In this document: positions 46,590-60,619 of the stretch, in pieces
How positions within the stretch are numbered: the first letter of the stretch is position 1
Layout: every line of letters starts with the position of its first letter
DNA from: the human T2T-CHM13v2.0 reference genome, Homo sapiens
Strand: one strand, 5' to 3'
Assembly: GCF_009914755.1 (NCBI RefSeq)
Contig: NC_060931.1
DNA length: 64,000 nucleotides
Notes under the pieces: model-generated
Seen by the model: the letters and a program-made list of their open reading frames with translations, nothing else
What the model was told of the DNA's origin: nothing
Databases searched by the model: none
Program-made: the position numbers and the translations under genes

Positions 46590-46780
46590 GCCTGATGGTC
46601 AGGAGCTGAGTCTTTGGAGACACACAGATCTGAGTTTGAACCTCAACTCTGCCCTTTATTAGTTGTGTGACCTTGAGCAAGTCATCCCACTCCTTTATCC
46701 CCATCTGTAAATAAAATGAGATAATAAAAATGCCAACCCCTTAGGCTTATGGTGAGGAATGAAGAGAGATTACGTGACAA
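46590..46780 (+). mobile_element. MIR
   Basis: TGAGTTTGAACCTCA.CTCTGCC...TGTGTGACCTTGAGCAAGTCA. Confidence 0.8.
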
Positions 46781-46855
46781 CTTTGTGGAAATGAAGATTT
46801 TAGAATGAAGGCAGAGACTGGGATCCCTCCCATTCCCAAGACTTGGATTAAAAGT

Positions 46856-47150
46856 TGCCCAGGTGCGGTGGCTCATGCTTGCAACACTGAGGTGGAAGGA
46901 TCATTTAAGGCCAGGAACTGGAGACCAGCCTGGGCAACATAGTGAGACCTTATCTCTACAAAAAAATTTAAAAATTAACTGGGCATGGTGGTGCACACCT
47001 GTAGTTCTAGTTGCTTGGGAGGCCAAGACGGGAGGATCACTTGAGCCCAGGGGTTCAAGGCTGCATTGAGCTATCATGGCACCACTGCACTCCAGCCTGG
47101 GATACAGAGCGAGACCCTATCTCCAGAAAAAAAAAAATCAACCAAAAAAA
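46856..47150 (+). mobile_element. AluJ
   Basis: GAGCCCAGG.GTTCAAGGCTGCA.TGAGCTAT. Confidence 0.92.
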
Positions 47151-48278
47151 ACCTCTGTCTTTTGGGAAGGACCCCTAGGAAGAAATGGATGTTTCTCAGG
47201 AAAAGCAATTAATCGATGTCACCTAGCCCCACTCTAGGACCTTCCAAATGCCTCTTGGTATCTGTGTTCTTTTCTTGGCTCCTGGATAATAAGTGGTTGA
47301 AATAATTACGTTCTAAGTCTTTGGCACCCATCTGCCCTCGTCCTCCATCCACTCGCTTGGTGGAGCCTTTGTCATTGTCGACAATAATATGACTGAAGTC
47401 TGTGGGCTTTTCTAACCCCACACATGATCTATACCAAGTGGGAAGATTCTGTGGGGGCCGTGCTAAGAGAGTGTGCTAAAAAGAGAGACTATTTTAAAAA
47501 ACCATCCTAATTTTGTGAGGCAGAATGTTGTTGCCATTTTTACTTTGTGCTGCCTGTCATCCACGGGTGTAAAGAAGGGCACAGGTATGGAGTAGTCTAT
47601 GCTCATGGTGACATTCCAGGCACATTTGTTGTCCTTGGGATGTTTGGAAAAGGGGGAGGCAGGTGGAAAATTTGGCCATGTCTGGCCAAATCTAGGTGAA
47701 AAAATAATGCTTTGCTGTGAAAGAGTGGAGACTTGGGAGCAATCTCTGGGCGTATGTGCAACCTCTAGTTCTGGGTCTCTGAAGGTTAACGCCCTGTGGA
47801 CACTGGGGACTGAACTGGTTTAGATTTTTCTGTCTCTTTAATGGGCAAAGGCTAGAGATAATGAAGGTGAGTTCTGTGTGTAAATTAGTATTTCAAATTA
47901 GCTTCTGGAGGTGGAAAATTCTTTTAAAGAGGAGCACAGAGATCACTCAGTAAAAACAGGAGAAATCAATAGGGGAAGACTGGTGTGAATTGGGAAAGGT
48001 CTGCAGAGAGCAAGAGAGCAGGTTTTTTTTTTTTTTTTGCAAAGGTATCTTTGCACTCCTACCCTGTATAAGTGAGATTTTGCCTGGACCCCATAGCTGG
48101 TGGCCTTGTAAAATCAGAATCACACCTTTGGAAAGCCATTTGGAAGTACATACTCCGAGCCATAAAAATATTTCATACCTCTGAACTAGTAATCTTCCTT
48201 CTGGGAATTTATGCTAGGGAAATCAATCATAAAGGGGGAAAAGTGCCACATGCATGAAAATGCTGATGGCCTCATAGC

Positions 48279-48596
<318 letters not shown>

Positions 48597-48722
48597 CCTC
48601 ATTGCTTTTAATATTAAGAATTTGGAAGCCACCTAAAAGACTAATAGGAATGGAATGGTCATTTAAATTATGGTATATTTAATCAATAGACTGCTATACA
48701 TTCATTAAGATTATACTTATGA

Positions 48723-49016
<294 letters not shown>

Positions 49017-49112
49017 TTATAATTATGAATACCCTTTAGAAGCTTGCATCTGTCTGAAATAAGTACTTTTTATGATATAAGCATAATGTAAATACTTGTC
49101 TGTACAATTGAC

Positions 49113-49247
49113 TTTTTGGGGGGAGGGGGGAGGGGCAAGGTTTTGCCATGTTGCCCAGGCTGGTCTTGAACTCCTGGGCTCAAGTGATCTACTTGCCTCA
49201 GCCTCCCAAAGTGCTAGGATTAGAGGCATGAGCCACCACGCCCAGCC
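49113..49247 (-). mobile_element. Alu left monomer (FLAM_C/AluJ piece) with G-rich replacement
   Basis: GCCATGTTGCCCAGGCTGGTCTTGAACTCCTGGGCTCAAG. Confidence 0.88.
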
Positions 49248-49593
49248 TATTACTGCTTTTCCTCTGCTGGGTTTGTGTTTGGTTTGTTCTTATTTCTCTA
49301 GTTCCTTGAAGTGTGAGCTTAGATTGTGTATTTGTGCTCTTTCAGACTTTTTTAAATGTTTATGTTTTTATTTGTGTTAGTATTTATCTTGAAGAAGAGT
49401 GAAAACATAATTAAAGAAGTACTGGAGAATGTTTTAAAATAGTACCATCATAGACAAAAATACTAACCTCGTTATAGCTTTGGGGATAGATGGGGAAAAC
49501 ATGAGAAAAATTTTTTGATGGCTACAATTGTCTCTTGAACGATGCAGGGGTTAGAGGTGCTTACCTCCTTGGCAGTTGAAAGTCCACAAATAA

Positions 49594-49929
<336 letters not shown>

Positions 49930-50182
49930 AAAGAGTCTACTGTTGACCAGAAGTCTAACCAGTAACATAAAGTCCATCAACACATACTATGTATGTCATA
50001 TGTATTGTATATCATATTCTTACAATAAAGGCGAGCTAGAGAAAAGAAAATGTTTTTAAGAAAATCGTAAGGAAGAAGAAAATCTATTTACTGTTCGTTA
50101 AGTGGAAGTGGATTGTCATAAAGTTTTCATCTTCATCGCCTTCACATTGAGTAGGCTGAGGAGGAGAAAGAAGAGAGGTTGG

Positions 50183-50546
50183 TGTATTAGTCTGTTCTCA
50201 CACTGCTATAAAGGAAGACCCAAGACTGGGTAATTTATAAAGGAAAGAGGTTTAATTGACTCACAGCTCCGCATGTCTGGGGAGGCCTCAGGAAACTTAC
50301 AATCATGGTGGAAGGTGAAGGAGAAGCAAGTATCTTCTTCACAAGGTGGCAGAAAAGACAGAGAGAGAGAGAGCACAGGAAACTACACTTATAAAACCAT
50401 GAGATCTCGTGAGAACTCACTGTCGTGAGAACAGCATAGAGGAAACTCCCATGATCCAGTCGCTTTCCACTAGGTCCCCCCCTCAACACGTGGGTATTAC
50501 AATTTGAGATGAGATTTGGGTGGGGACACAGAGCCAAACCGTATCA
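50183..50546 (-). mobile_element. MSTA/THE1D-type LTR
   Basis: TGTATTAGTC...CAAACC.TATCA; perfect TSD GTTGG. Confidence 0.92.
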
Positions 50547-52854
50547 GTTGGTCTTGCCGTCTCAGGGGTGGTCAAGGCAGAAGAAAATCCATGTATAAGT
50601 GGACCCATGTAATTCAAACCTGTGTTATTAAGGGTCAACTGTACTGCGACTTATATATAAAATAAAGACAGAAACATACAGATAGGACCTGAAAGGAACA
50701 TACAGAAAATGAGAACAGTTGATGTGTTCATGTGGTGAAAATAGGAATGATCATTTTCCTTGTTTTTTTTCAGATCACTTCATTACAATTGCAGTGTTCC
50801 TTTAAGTCAGATCCTAGCTTTGTCAATGAATGGCTTCAGCTTTGTCATCTGTGAAATGGGTGTAATAATAATAGTTTGTAATACTAGCAACTCATTTCCC
50901 CCCATGCTTCTTTGTTCTTAGCCTTTCTATACATCAGCTCATTCGGTCTTCCCCACCCACCTATAAGGTCGGTATCTACAGACAGGCAAGGGAACGTGGA
51001 GGACTTGTCATAGTCACTCAGAGCAAATCTGGGCTTCCAGATCCACCTACTTTTACCGTAAAGGTGACAGCCTTAACCACCTCTTTGTACCATCTTCTTG
51101 CCTCTTCTCTACTGAATCTTTCTAGATATGTTGTAAGAAATAGAGGTGATGTATGCTCCCTTTGGGCCTGGCATTTAGGAGAAATTCAGTCAACAGTAGC
51201 TGGTAATCACCATTGTCATTATAATGTTTGTATAATAAAGCAATAAGAAGAAAATAACAAAAAGTAGAGTCAGTATCTTGAAGTTCATGTATATGGTGAG
51301 CAAAACTCACAGCCAATATTTTCAGGCACATGCATTCTTAAGGTTCATCTTTACATAACAGCATCTGTTTCAGATTTCCTTTCTTACGTGGGTTAAATAT
51401 ACCTCCTGCAAGGATGTTTATAATGTCTTACCTCTTTTTAGCACTTTGTCCTTCTTTCAAAGCATATTCATATTTATTTTTTTCTCTCGTTAATTTTGGG
51501 AGACATGTCAGTGGTCCCCCCATTTTACAGATCTGTGATCTCTCACCTTTTTTGGATTGCATACCCCTATTGGTGAAAATTTTTGAGCACATACCTCCAA
51601 TACCTGCATATATGTTTAATTATAAATTATATGTGTGGATTGCTGACAGATTGTATTTAAAAGCATGAGATGATGAAGATGAAATAAGCAATGCTTCAAA
51701 TTTATTTTCCAATATGGTTTATTTAATAGCATAGGAAACCTTTTTTCCTCTCATTAAAATATCATTACTGGCTGTATTTTCCATGGCAGCCATCTTAGTA
51801 GATCTGTTTTTGTTATTTTCAAAATCATGATTTAATACTTTGTGATAGAGTAATTCACAGGTCTGGTTTTAATTCACTTATTTTTGGTTTCAATACTGGA
51901 AAAGATACCCCCCAAAAGAGATGTAGATCCAAGTAGAAGAAATTCATAGTTGGTGGTGCTTAATAAATTATGATACTCGCTTCGCGAAGCCATCCATGTA
52001 TTATGCAAAAGTTTTTGTTGAAATTCAGCTAGTAAATTTCCATTTCTCATGATGCCAGTCAGTTGCTCTTGCAAACTAACTGAAAGGTGATGCATTTCAA
52101 TATTTTTAACAAATGGGCCCAAAACCTGCTGAAACTCTTCATATGGAAGGCGTTTAAAAGCCTAGAAAATCTGTTTCCAAGTTTTTCAAGTGTGAACATA
52201 TGAGTTTTTATAAATTAAATTATAGCATTTTCAGCCACAAATCATTAATCATAGAAACATTTCCAAACATCCATTTCAAAATGACTCTCTAGTAGTACAA
52301 GTATTCTTTTTTATTGGAAAGCATTAGTTTCTCATTCATCGTTTAAATGTCATCTTTACCTTGAGGTAACAAATTAAGTACGTTTATTTTTTCTGAAAAT
52401 ATTTATGGATGCCATAGGCTCTTGAGGGATATCTGTCATCCAAGAATAGGCCATTATATTTTGAACTTAAAAAATAATGTATAATTTATTATTAATTTAC
52501 AGCCCTTCTTAAGTTTTTTGACACAAGATAACCAGCAAACTTCTGGGTATTTCCAGGGGATTTAGGTCACTGCCTATTTTACTAAAGGAGTTTTTTGACA
52601 GTATGGCTATATTTTAAATATCTGTGTTTTTACGATTGATATCCTGGAGGCTTTCGTGCCCTTTGCTGTAGTAACTTGCTAGGAATATAGAGTGAATGAA
52701 ATTAGCTGTGCACCTGTCTCTGTAAGCTCGCCCCAAAACCCTTCTTTTATTTCAGTCAAAGCATCCATTCCATCAGGAGGCACCCTAGACGTTTTTCCCC
52801 TCGAACAAGGTTTTCACGTAAGAACTCATTTAGTTCAGAATATAAATTTACCGT

Positions 52855-52891
52855 AGTGACAAAAACTGCAATTACTTTTGCACCAACCCGA
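52855..52891. mobile_element. Half MADE1 (mariner MITE TIR)
   Basis: CAAAAACTGCAATTACTTTTGCACCAACC. Confidence 0.85.
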
Positions 52892-53185
52892 TCATTGACT
52901 CACAAAAGTGGTATTTTGTATGTGTTGTAACAGAGACTGAATCTAGCAAGTATCACAGGCTGAAACGTGGGAAAAACCCTTTTCCCTGAGCACAGCAAAC
53001 CTGCCTTCTGTGTGCGCCTTTCTTAAGTTTCTGTCTTCAAGTTGTCACCAGTGTTTTCAATACATTTTCCAAAAGTATTTGCTGACAAAGAAATGCATTT
53101 AGTTTATTGCCAGATTATGTTTTTGTGTAATAGTCCTGCTATCTTGGCTGTAGGTGAAAGCATAAGCATTTCCCCAACATGACTT

Positions 53186-53346
53186 CTTATTTATTTATTT
53201 TTTGTTATACTTTAAGTTCTAGGGTACATGTGCACAACGTGCAGGTTTGTACATATGTATACATTCGCCATGTTGGTGTGCTGCACCCATTAACTCATCA
53301 TTTACGTTACGTATATCTCCTAATGCTATCCCTCCCCCCTCCCCCT
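53186..53346 (-). mobile_element. Short young L1PA 3' end
   Basis: TATACTTTAAGTTCTAGGGTACATGTGCACAACGTGCAGG...GCTATCCCTCCCCC. Confidence 0.92.
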
Positions 53347-53584
53347 TTTGCTATTGGGTGGAGAACTCTGAAAGAGAATCACAATGCTTATTGTTTAGTT
53401 TGGGGGAAATTTGGAAGGTCCTGGGATTGTGTCTAGTAGGGTGTTAAATATCATTGAAAATATTACAGATACTTGCCTTCTATTTCTGTATGGTTCATTT
53501 TAAAATGTCATTCAAAAGCATGATATATTCTTAAGGTAAGAATTAGTGTTACTGGCAGTGGGTCTGCATCCATATTTCAATACC

Positions 53585-53875
53585 TTTCTCCTTTTCTTTT
53601 GAGACAAGGTCCATGCTGTTGCCCAGGCTGGAGTGCAGTGGCACTATCATAATTCATTGCAGCCTTGAACTCCTGGGTTCAAGCAGTCTTCCCACCTGAG
53701 CTTCCCAAGTAGCTAGGACTATAGGTGTGCACCACTGCACCTAGCTAATTTAAAAATTTTTTTCGTAGAGATGGGGTCTCACTGTGTTGCCCAGGCTGGT
53801 CTCAAACTCCTGGCCTCAAGTGATCCTCTCTTCCCGGAGTGCTGAGATTACAGGCATGAGCCACCACAACTGACC
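53585..53875 (-). mobile_element. AluJ
   Basis: GCAGCCTTGAACTCCTGGG; degenerate TSD TC.ATA..TT.CT. Confidence 0.92.
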
Positions 53876-54415
53876 TCGATATTCTTCTTGATAATTCCTT
53901 TTGGACCTATATCGGATTGTCAGTCTTTTAATCTCAGATAGTGGCTCCAGACAAGCTCCCAACAGGCAGAAAAGCGTCAGCTCTGCCCTGTGAGGTTGCA
54001 GCTTGTGTTTACCTTACGACTGTCACCCCCAGGGCACATGCTGTGTGCACAAATCTTTATGTCTCTTACCTGTTTTATGAGGACTTGTTTGGTTAAAGCT
54101 GAACCATAAGATCTGTACAGTCACTACCTGGGCATGTGTAAACTGCACATTCAGCCTCGGGCTGTGATCCAACCCTGGAAGAAGGTGCCCCTGCTGCCTC
54201 CTCCGGGACTCACTCAGGGAGCAAATTGTCCTTCCGACATGGGACATCACCCCCAAAAGAGGATGTCACCACCAGGGCATGTGTTTATTGTGGTTATACC
54301 CGATATCCTTTTTTTGTTTTCAGATCAATAAGCATTGCTATAACAGAAGTTTTATTATAGGCTTGCAACCTTTTATCTGCGATCCTGAAACTCAAAAAAA
54401 AAAAAAAAAAGATGA

Positions 54416-54700
<285 letters not shown>

Positions 54701-54858
54701 GGTGGTAAAACCTAACTGTAATGGGATATAAGGCTATTTATGACGTTTACTTGTCTCATTTAATGTGACTGTGCACACATTTCATTTCAGGAATATTGAC
54801 ATGTTAAGTTGGGATGCTGACCCAGACCCATTAGAGAGTGTTAGATCATACATATATG

Positions 54859-55894
54859 TGTGAAAGGAAAATACAACCTTGGAGCCCTCAACTTACTCTG
54901 CCAAAGGGGAAAGTCAAGCTGGGAACAGTCATGCAAACCGGCTTCCCATTTTGTTCCTAAATTCATAACTGCAAAGATAAAAGGCTGCATACCTCCCTCA
55001 CGATTTATTCATGAGGAAATTCTTTTTGGGCTCCAATATCTTTTACCCTAAAGCAGTTCTATTGAGTTTCACCCTGACAATGTAAATTAACAGTTTATCT
55101 TCACAGGTATGGGACAAAGGACAGATTTGAAATCATCCCTCCACTCATCTGAGCCATATGCCTGTCTGACTGCATCCTCTATGTTTATTAAAAATGCTCT
55201 GTGTGCAAGACAACTTGAAATTGACTATTCTTCTGCCCTCTGCTTTCCCATGTAAAATGCAGATTCAGTGACCACTGATCAAAGCCTCAAATGAATGCAA
55301 CCACGTACCTCTTTTATCTACTTCATTAGTTTGTTTTCATGCTGTTGATAAAGACATACCCAAGACTGGGTAACTTACAAAGAAAAAGAGGTTTAATGGA
55401 CTCACAGTTCCCCGTGGCTGGGGAGGCCTTACAATCATGGCGGAAGGCAAAAGGCACATCTTACATGACAAGAGAGAATAAGAGCCAATTAGAAGGGGAA
55501 ACCCCTTATAAAACCATCAGATCTCATGAGGCTTATTCACTACCATGAGAACAGTATGGGGGGAACTGCCCCCATGATTCGATGATCTCCCACGGGATCC
55601 CTCCTACAACACATGGGAATTATGGGAGCTAGAATTCACAATGAGATTTGGGTGGGGACACAGCCAAACCATATTACCTACTCTTCCTTTTTTTTTTTTT
55701 TTCCTTCGTCTCTTCCTTACTGCCTACTCTTTTCTCTTTAAATATAGACGTCCCCAAACTCTCTTTGGAAAAACCATGAATCACTGATATTTCCTGTGGT
55801 TTTGTGTTCCTTTTTCCTGAGCACATCCTAAACCTTGGCCAAATAAATCTCTAAAATAACTGAGACTCGAGTCAGTCATTTTCTTTGGCTTACA
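54859..55894 (+). mobile_element. MER4-group ERV1 solo LTR (MER4C/MER72/LTR49-like) split by THE1B
   Basis: TGTGAAAGGAAAATA...AAAGTCAAGCTGGGAAC...AATAAA...TTACA; TSD TA(T/G)G. Confidence 0.82.
55322..55676 (-). mobile_element. THE1B LTR
   Basis: CATGCTG.TGATAAAGACATACCC...GGGAATTATGGGAGCTA; TSD (T/C)CTAC. Confidence 0.92.
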
Positions 55895-56061
55895 TAGGTA
55901 CAGGTAAGAATTTCTACAGCTCCCAAAGAACTCTGATTCTAAAAAATTTCTACAGCTCCCCAAATTCTGATTCTAAAACCCAGTGTGCCCAAGGTTTTGG
56001 ATACAGGACCGTGACCCTTTCCACAGTACCATGAATTGTTCTGGCATTCCCCAGGGCGAGT

Positions 56062-56904
56062 TGTTGAGGGAAAGAGTCAAATTCTGTAAGATATTTGAAG
56101 AGATTTGTTCTGAGTCAAATGAGAGGACCATGACTCTTGACACAGTCCTGGGAGGTCCTGAGAACATGTGCCCCAGGAGGTCTGGTTACAACTTGGTTTT
56201 ATATGTTTCAGGGAGACATAAGACATCAATCAGTGCATGGAAGGTGTGCATTGGCACTGTCCTGAAAGGCAGGACCACTCAAAGCTGAGGAGAGCTTCCA
56301 GGTCATAGGTAGATTCAAACATTTTCCAACTGACAATTGGTTGAAAGAGTTAAGTTATTATCTGGAGACCTAGAATCAATAGAAAGGAGCATTTGGGTTA
56401 TGATAGATTCTTGTGGAGGTCAAGGTTTTTATCATGCAGATGAAGCCTCCAGGCAGCAGGCTTCAGAGCTCTTATTGGACATAAAAGGGTGCCAGACTCT
56501 TACTTAATTCTCTCCTGGATCAGGAAAAAGACCTGGGAAGGGAAGAGGATTCTCTACAGAATGTAGATTTTCCCTACAAGAGATAGCTTTGCAGTGCCGT
56601 TTCAAAATATGTCAAGGAAATATATTTTGGGGTAAAATACTTGGATTTCTTTCAGGGCCTCCCATCTATCATGTTGGTATCTTACTGCTGCAAAGAATCT
56701 TTTTTGTCAGTCTTCAGATCTCTGTTTTACTTTTAATGCTGGTCACCTGTGCCTTCCCAAAGGAGGAGAGTGTAAGAAGGCATGTCTGACCACCTAATTC
56801 CCATCATGGTCTCACCTAGTTTTTCAGGTTTCTTTGGAATGCCCTTGGCCAAGAAGGGGGTCCATCAATCAGTTGGGGGGCTTAGATTTGATTTTTGATT
56901 TACA
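56062..56904 (-). mobile_element. MER4D/E-type ERV1 solo LTR
   Basis: TGTTGA..AAAGAGTCAAA...GGTCCTGAGAACATGTGCCC...TTTACA; perfect TSD GAGT. Confidence 0.88.
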
Positions 56905-57310
56905 GAGTGTACCCCACTTTTGAGCATATAAAGGGTGACATGAAAGCCCACAGGATTTGTTACTTGCTCCAAGTCACCCAGCAAGCTGAAAACAGGAATC
57001 TGAAATGAGACTCGGCCACAGTCTGCTACTGCGGCTTTCACTGAATCACATCTTGTTGTCTGTCTGAGGAGAAGATTCTGGGTCTAGTTTAAAACTGGAG
57101 CTTTCCAAAGAGAACATGTATATCAGTGGCCTTCTGCCAAGAGAAGATTTCATTCATTGCCAGCATCAGCTGTGAGAGGCGATGTCAGGGAGTGGGGAAG
57201 AATCTAGACTCACAGGATGTTCAAGTTAGAACATTTCCCCAGTGGATTCCTATCTATTTTCACTCATCCATTCAACAAAATATTCAATGATCCTATGCTA
57301 GGAATGGAGC

Positions 57311-57671
57311 TGATAGGGTTTGGCTCTGTCCCCACCCAAATCTCATCTTGAATTCTAGCTCCCACAATTCCCACATGTCTTGGGAGGGACACAATGGGAG
57401 GTAACTGAATCATGCGGGTGGGTCTTTCTCGTGCTGTTCTCGTGATAGTGAATAAGTCTCATGAGATCTGATGGTTGTATAAAGAGGAGTATCCCTGCAC
57501 AAGCTCTCTCTTTTCTTGTCTGCCACCATGTGTGAGATGTACCTTTCACCTTCCACCATGATTGTGAGGCTTTGCCAGCCATGTGGAACTGAGTCCATCA
57601 AACCTGTTTCTTTTGTAAATTGCCCAGTCTTGGATATGTCTTTGTCAGCAGTGTGAAAATTGACTAACACA
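57311..57671 (+). mobile_element. THE1C/D LTR
   Basis: TGATA.GGTTTGGCTCTGTCCCC...GACTAA.ACA; perfect TSD GGAGC. Confidence 0.92.
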
Positions 57672-57990
57672 GGAGCTAGCTAAGCCCAGTCAAGACAAAA
57701 GTCTGTTGACTTCTGCCTCCCCTGAAGGAGTTTGCAGTTTACTGGGACGGTAGTGCAAATTTCCTGCATAAGATTCATTTGTAACCTGGAAAATGCTTGT
57801 GAGTTCAGGGGAGAAGGTGTCCCCTCTGGAGAGAGTGTGGTGATGTGTTCATAGGGAAAGTAGCTCTTAAATGGAAACGTACAGGTTGCCTGGGGCTTTT
57901 TCAGGGGAGCTGGCTTGTGGAAGGCATTCCAGCTGAGGGAACAGCATGAGTAAAGGCATAGTGGCTGGCCGAGAGACTAGATACATCTGC

Positions 57991-58919
57991 TGTAAACCAA
58001 AAATAAAATTCTCAGTCCTCCCCCAGCCACATGAATGGACCACCGTCCTCTCGGCCAAGGGCAATCCCAAGTTAACCTGAAAAATGAGTTCAGGCCATGA
58101 TAGGGAGGGGAAGCTGGACATACCTCATTATACCCTTCTCCCTTTTCAGAATTACTGACAGAGCAGACTCTTTAATTCTGAAAAGAAGCATTTACAATCT
58201 ATTCTCCCTGAAGCCTGCTACCTGGAGGCTTCATCTGCATGATAAAACCTTGGTCTCCACAACTCCTTATCACAACCCAGACATTCCTTTCTATTGATAA
58301 TAATTCTTTCATCCATTTACCAATCAGAAAATCTGAATCTGCCTGTGACCCGCAAGCCCCCGCTTTCAGCTGTCCCACCTTTTCAGATCCAACCAGTGCA
58401 CAGCTTGCATGTATTGATTGATGCCTGTTGTCTCCCTACAATGTATAAAACCAAGTTATGGGCTAGGCGTGGTGGCTCACACCTGTCATCCCAGCACTTT
58501 GGGAGGCTGAGGCAGGTGGATCATTTGAGGTAGGAGTTTGAGACCAGCCTGGCCAACATGGTGAAACCATGTCTCTACAAAAAATACAAAAATTAGCTGG
58601 ACATGGTGGCACATGTCTGTAGTCCCAGCTACTTGGGAAGCTGAGACAAGAGAATTGCTTGAGCCTGGGAGGTGGAGGTTGCAGGTTGCAGTGGATGGCA
58701 CCACTGCACTCCAGCCTGGGCGACAGAGTGAGACTCCGTCTCAAAAAAATAAAAACCAAAAACCAAAAACAAAAAAACAAAACTGAGTTCTGGACTGACC
58801 ACCTTGCGCACGTGTTCTCAGGACTTCCTGAGGCTGTGTCACAGGCCACTGGTCACTCATATTTGGCTCAGAAGAAATCTCTCTAAATATTTTACAGATT
58901 TTGACTTTTTTCAATGACA
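57991..58919 (+). mobile_element. MER4B-type ERV1 5' LTR split by an AluS
   Basis: TGTAAACCAAAAATAAAATTCT...CACTCATATTTGGCTCAGAA...GACA, followed by leader and PBS. Confidence 0.88.
58461..58780 (+). mobile_element. AluS
   Basis: Both arms; TSD AAAAC..AGTT.TG. Confidence 0.95.
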
Positions 58920-58925
58920 ATAATT

Positions 58926-58943
58926 TGGCACCCAATATGGGGC
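58926..58943 (+). other. Retroviral primer-binding site, tRNA-Lys1,2 type, CpG-decayed
   Basis: TGGCACCCAATATGGGGC vs canonical TGGCGCCCAACGTGGGGC; 6 nt after the LTR end. Confidence 0.75.
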
Positions 58944-60619
58944 CGCTCTTTTTGCCAACACTGCGTATCTCAGTAGCTCGGTACTATTGACCGTTCAAGT
59001 GAGAATGAGAGAGGTAGGAGATGACACTATCTAGGCTGGCAGAGGTCCTGCCATCCCAGATTCTGTGCTGAGAGGTATAGATTTCCAATGCAGAGGTAGA
59101 GAACATTTTTGAGCAGGAGAGGGAAGAGTTTTTCTAAAAGGACTCTCTCTCTCGCACTCCTACCCCCTGCAGAAATGCCTTCTGCAACATTCCTGCTGGG
59201 TGGCTGAGCGGCCTCTGTGTGACCACTTCTGGGGACATTATTTGGTTAACATAGAAATTAATTTCTTTTATATAGCTCGTAGTTTGTAACCTCCATTGGT
59301 TTTAAAACCTGGCATTTTAGGGCTGTCTGAACAACTTCAATCTGTTCTTTTTTTGTGAAATGGGTGCAGGACACATCAGTTTAATTCATTCTGCATCCTC
59401 ATTTTTCACACGAGTTGTCTTATTATTCTTAACTATTATTAAAAGGAATGATAAAAAGTAATTAACCATCTGGAACAGATTCATGCTTCCTATTAGTCAG
59501 GGTGTCCATTATGAAATCTCCTGAAAGTTCAGCCTTAGAAATAAATTCTCCAAGTAGGTGGATTAGCTAATGAATTTTTCTTCTCCAAAGATGAGTGTAC
59601 TTTCCCAGCACAGCCAGCACTCCCCTCCACTGCTCATTTATCAAAGGGGGAAAAAGTAGAAGTGAAAAATAGAAATGGCTTGTCAATATAATTTACTGTA
59701 TAAAAGCTATAGGTTTGATATGGTTTGTGGAAGGTTTCCGCACTATCCTTCTCCACTATTATTTATGGTTTTAGTGTGACGCTGAACCTCGCCTTCAGGA
59801 GGAAAATGCTGTATTCAGTCACTGGTCTCTTCAGGGTCCCTAGGAAATGCCCCCAGTCCCTTCCAGGCCACTGTGGGGATGCTGGAGATGGATCTGCTGC
59901 AGAACGAACCAACAGGTGATGCCAGAAGCCTAAGTTTGTCTTGTATGGATCCCGTGATGAGTTTTAGGGGCACTTGTAATTTGACAAAGGAAGAATTATG
60001 TTGCAAGTGGGTAACCGTTCTGTGCATCCTGGATTCTACGAATCACTGCCTACCACAGCCTCCTGGGCATTGACAGGCAGCCTTGACTCCTGGAAGACCA
60101 TGTGACACCATGAGCCAGCTGTATTTGACCTCTGCATTGGCCCTTTATGCTTCTAAACCCAAATCATCGCTCCCCTCGGCCGTATCCATGGCCTCCCGCC
60201 ATTGCTAATACCAATGAATTGAGACGGGATGGATCAGGGAACCCAAAGGCCACCCTCTTCCTTAATGGCTGCCCTTGCACTCACATGAGCTGAGACCCAA
60301 AAGTCCTTTCTCAGAGAGAAGCTGCTTCCTGGGAGAATTCCTCCTGGGTATAGAACATAGGGCCAGGCCTCCCAGGGCCAAGGGGCTGACTCCCATATTA
60401 TCTGTGTCAACAAGAAGCATTTGCTTCTTGCAAATACTAGAAGATCTGAAGCTGTTCACTGCACTCAGTATTCCCTAAGTGCAATGCTGATTCATGGTCA
60501 AGAGTGAACTCTTCATGCTTCATGAAATCTTCCACGGTTTTGTATTATCCTGAGAAAGCTCAGCTCAAGTGCAGTTTCTTTCGTGAAGCCTTGATAATGC
60601 AGGTTACAAGTCAGTTCTA

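Larger units (their letters stand above)
51533..54020 (-). pseudogene. Fossil Charlie2-like autonomous hAT transposon with decayed Buster-type transposase
   Basis: Minus-strand motifs in correct order: KRNYQEEY|LKYG, HVGEML, DG.., CWLSC, and the dimerisation-domain ORF 51874..52122 (LQEQL..LLAEFQQK..EY..GST..FS). Confidence 0.82.
57258..59125 (-). mobile_element. L2 remnant hosting the THE1 and MER4B insertions
   Basis: CATCCATTCAACAAA; GGCATTCCAG..GAGGGAACAGCATGAG.AAAGGCA; TTTTGAGCAGGAGA. Confidence 0.55.

Noticed and set aside
59867-59915. Possible 49-nt exon (CCCTTCCAG|...CAG|GTGATG)
   Set aside because: Weak donor, frame-shifting length and no recognisable peptide.
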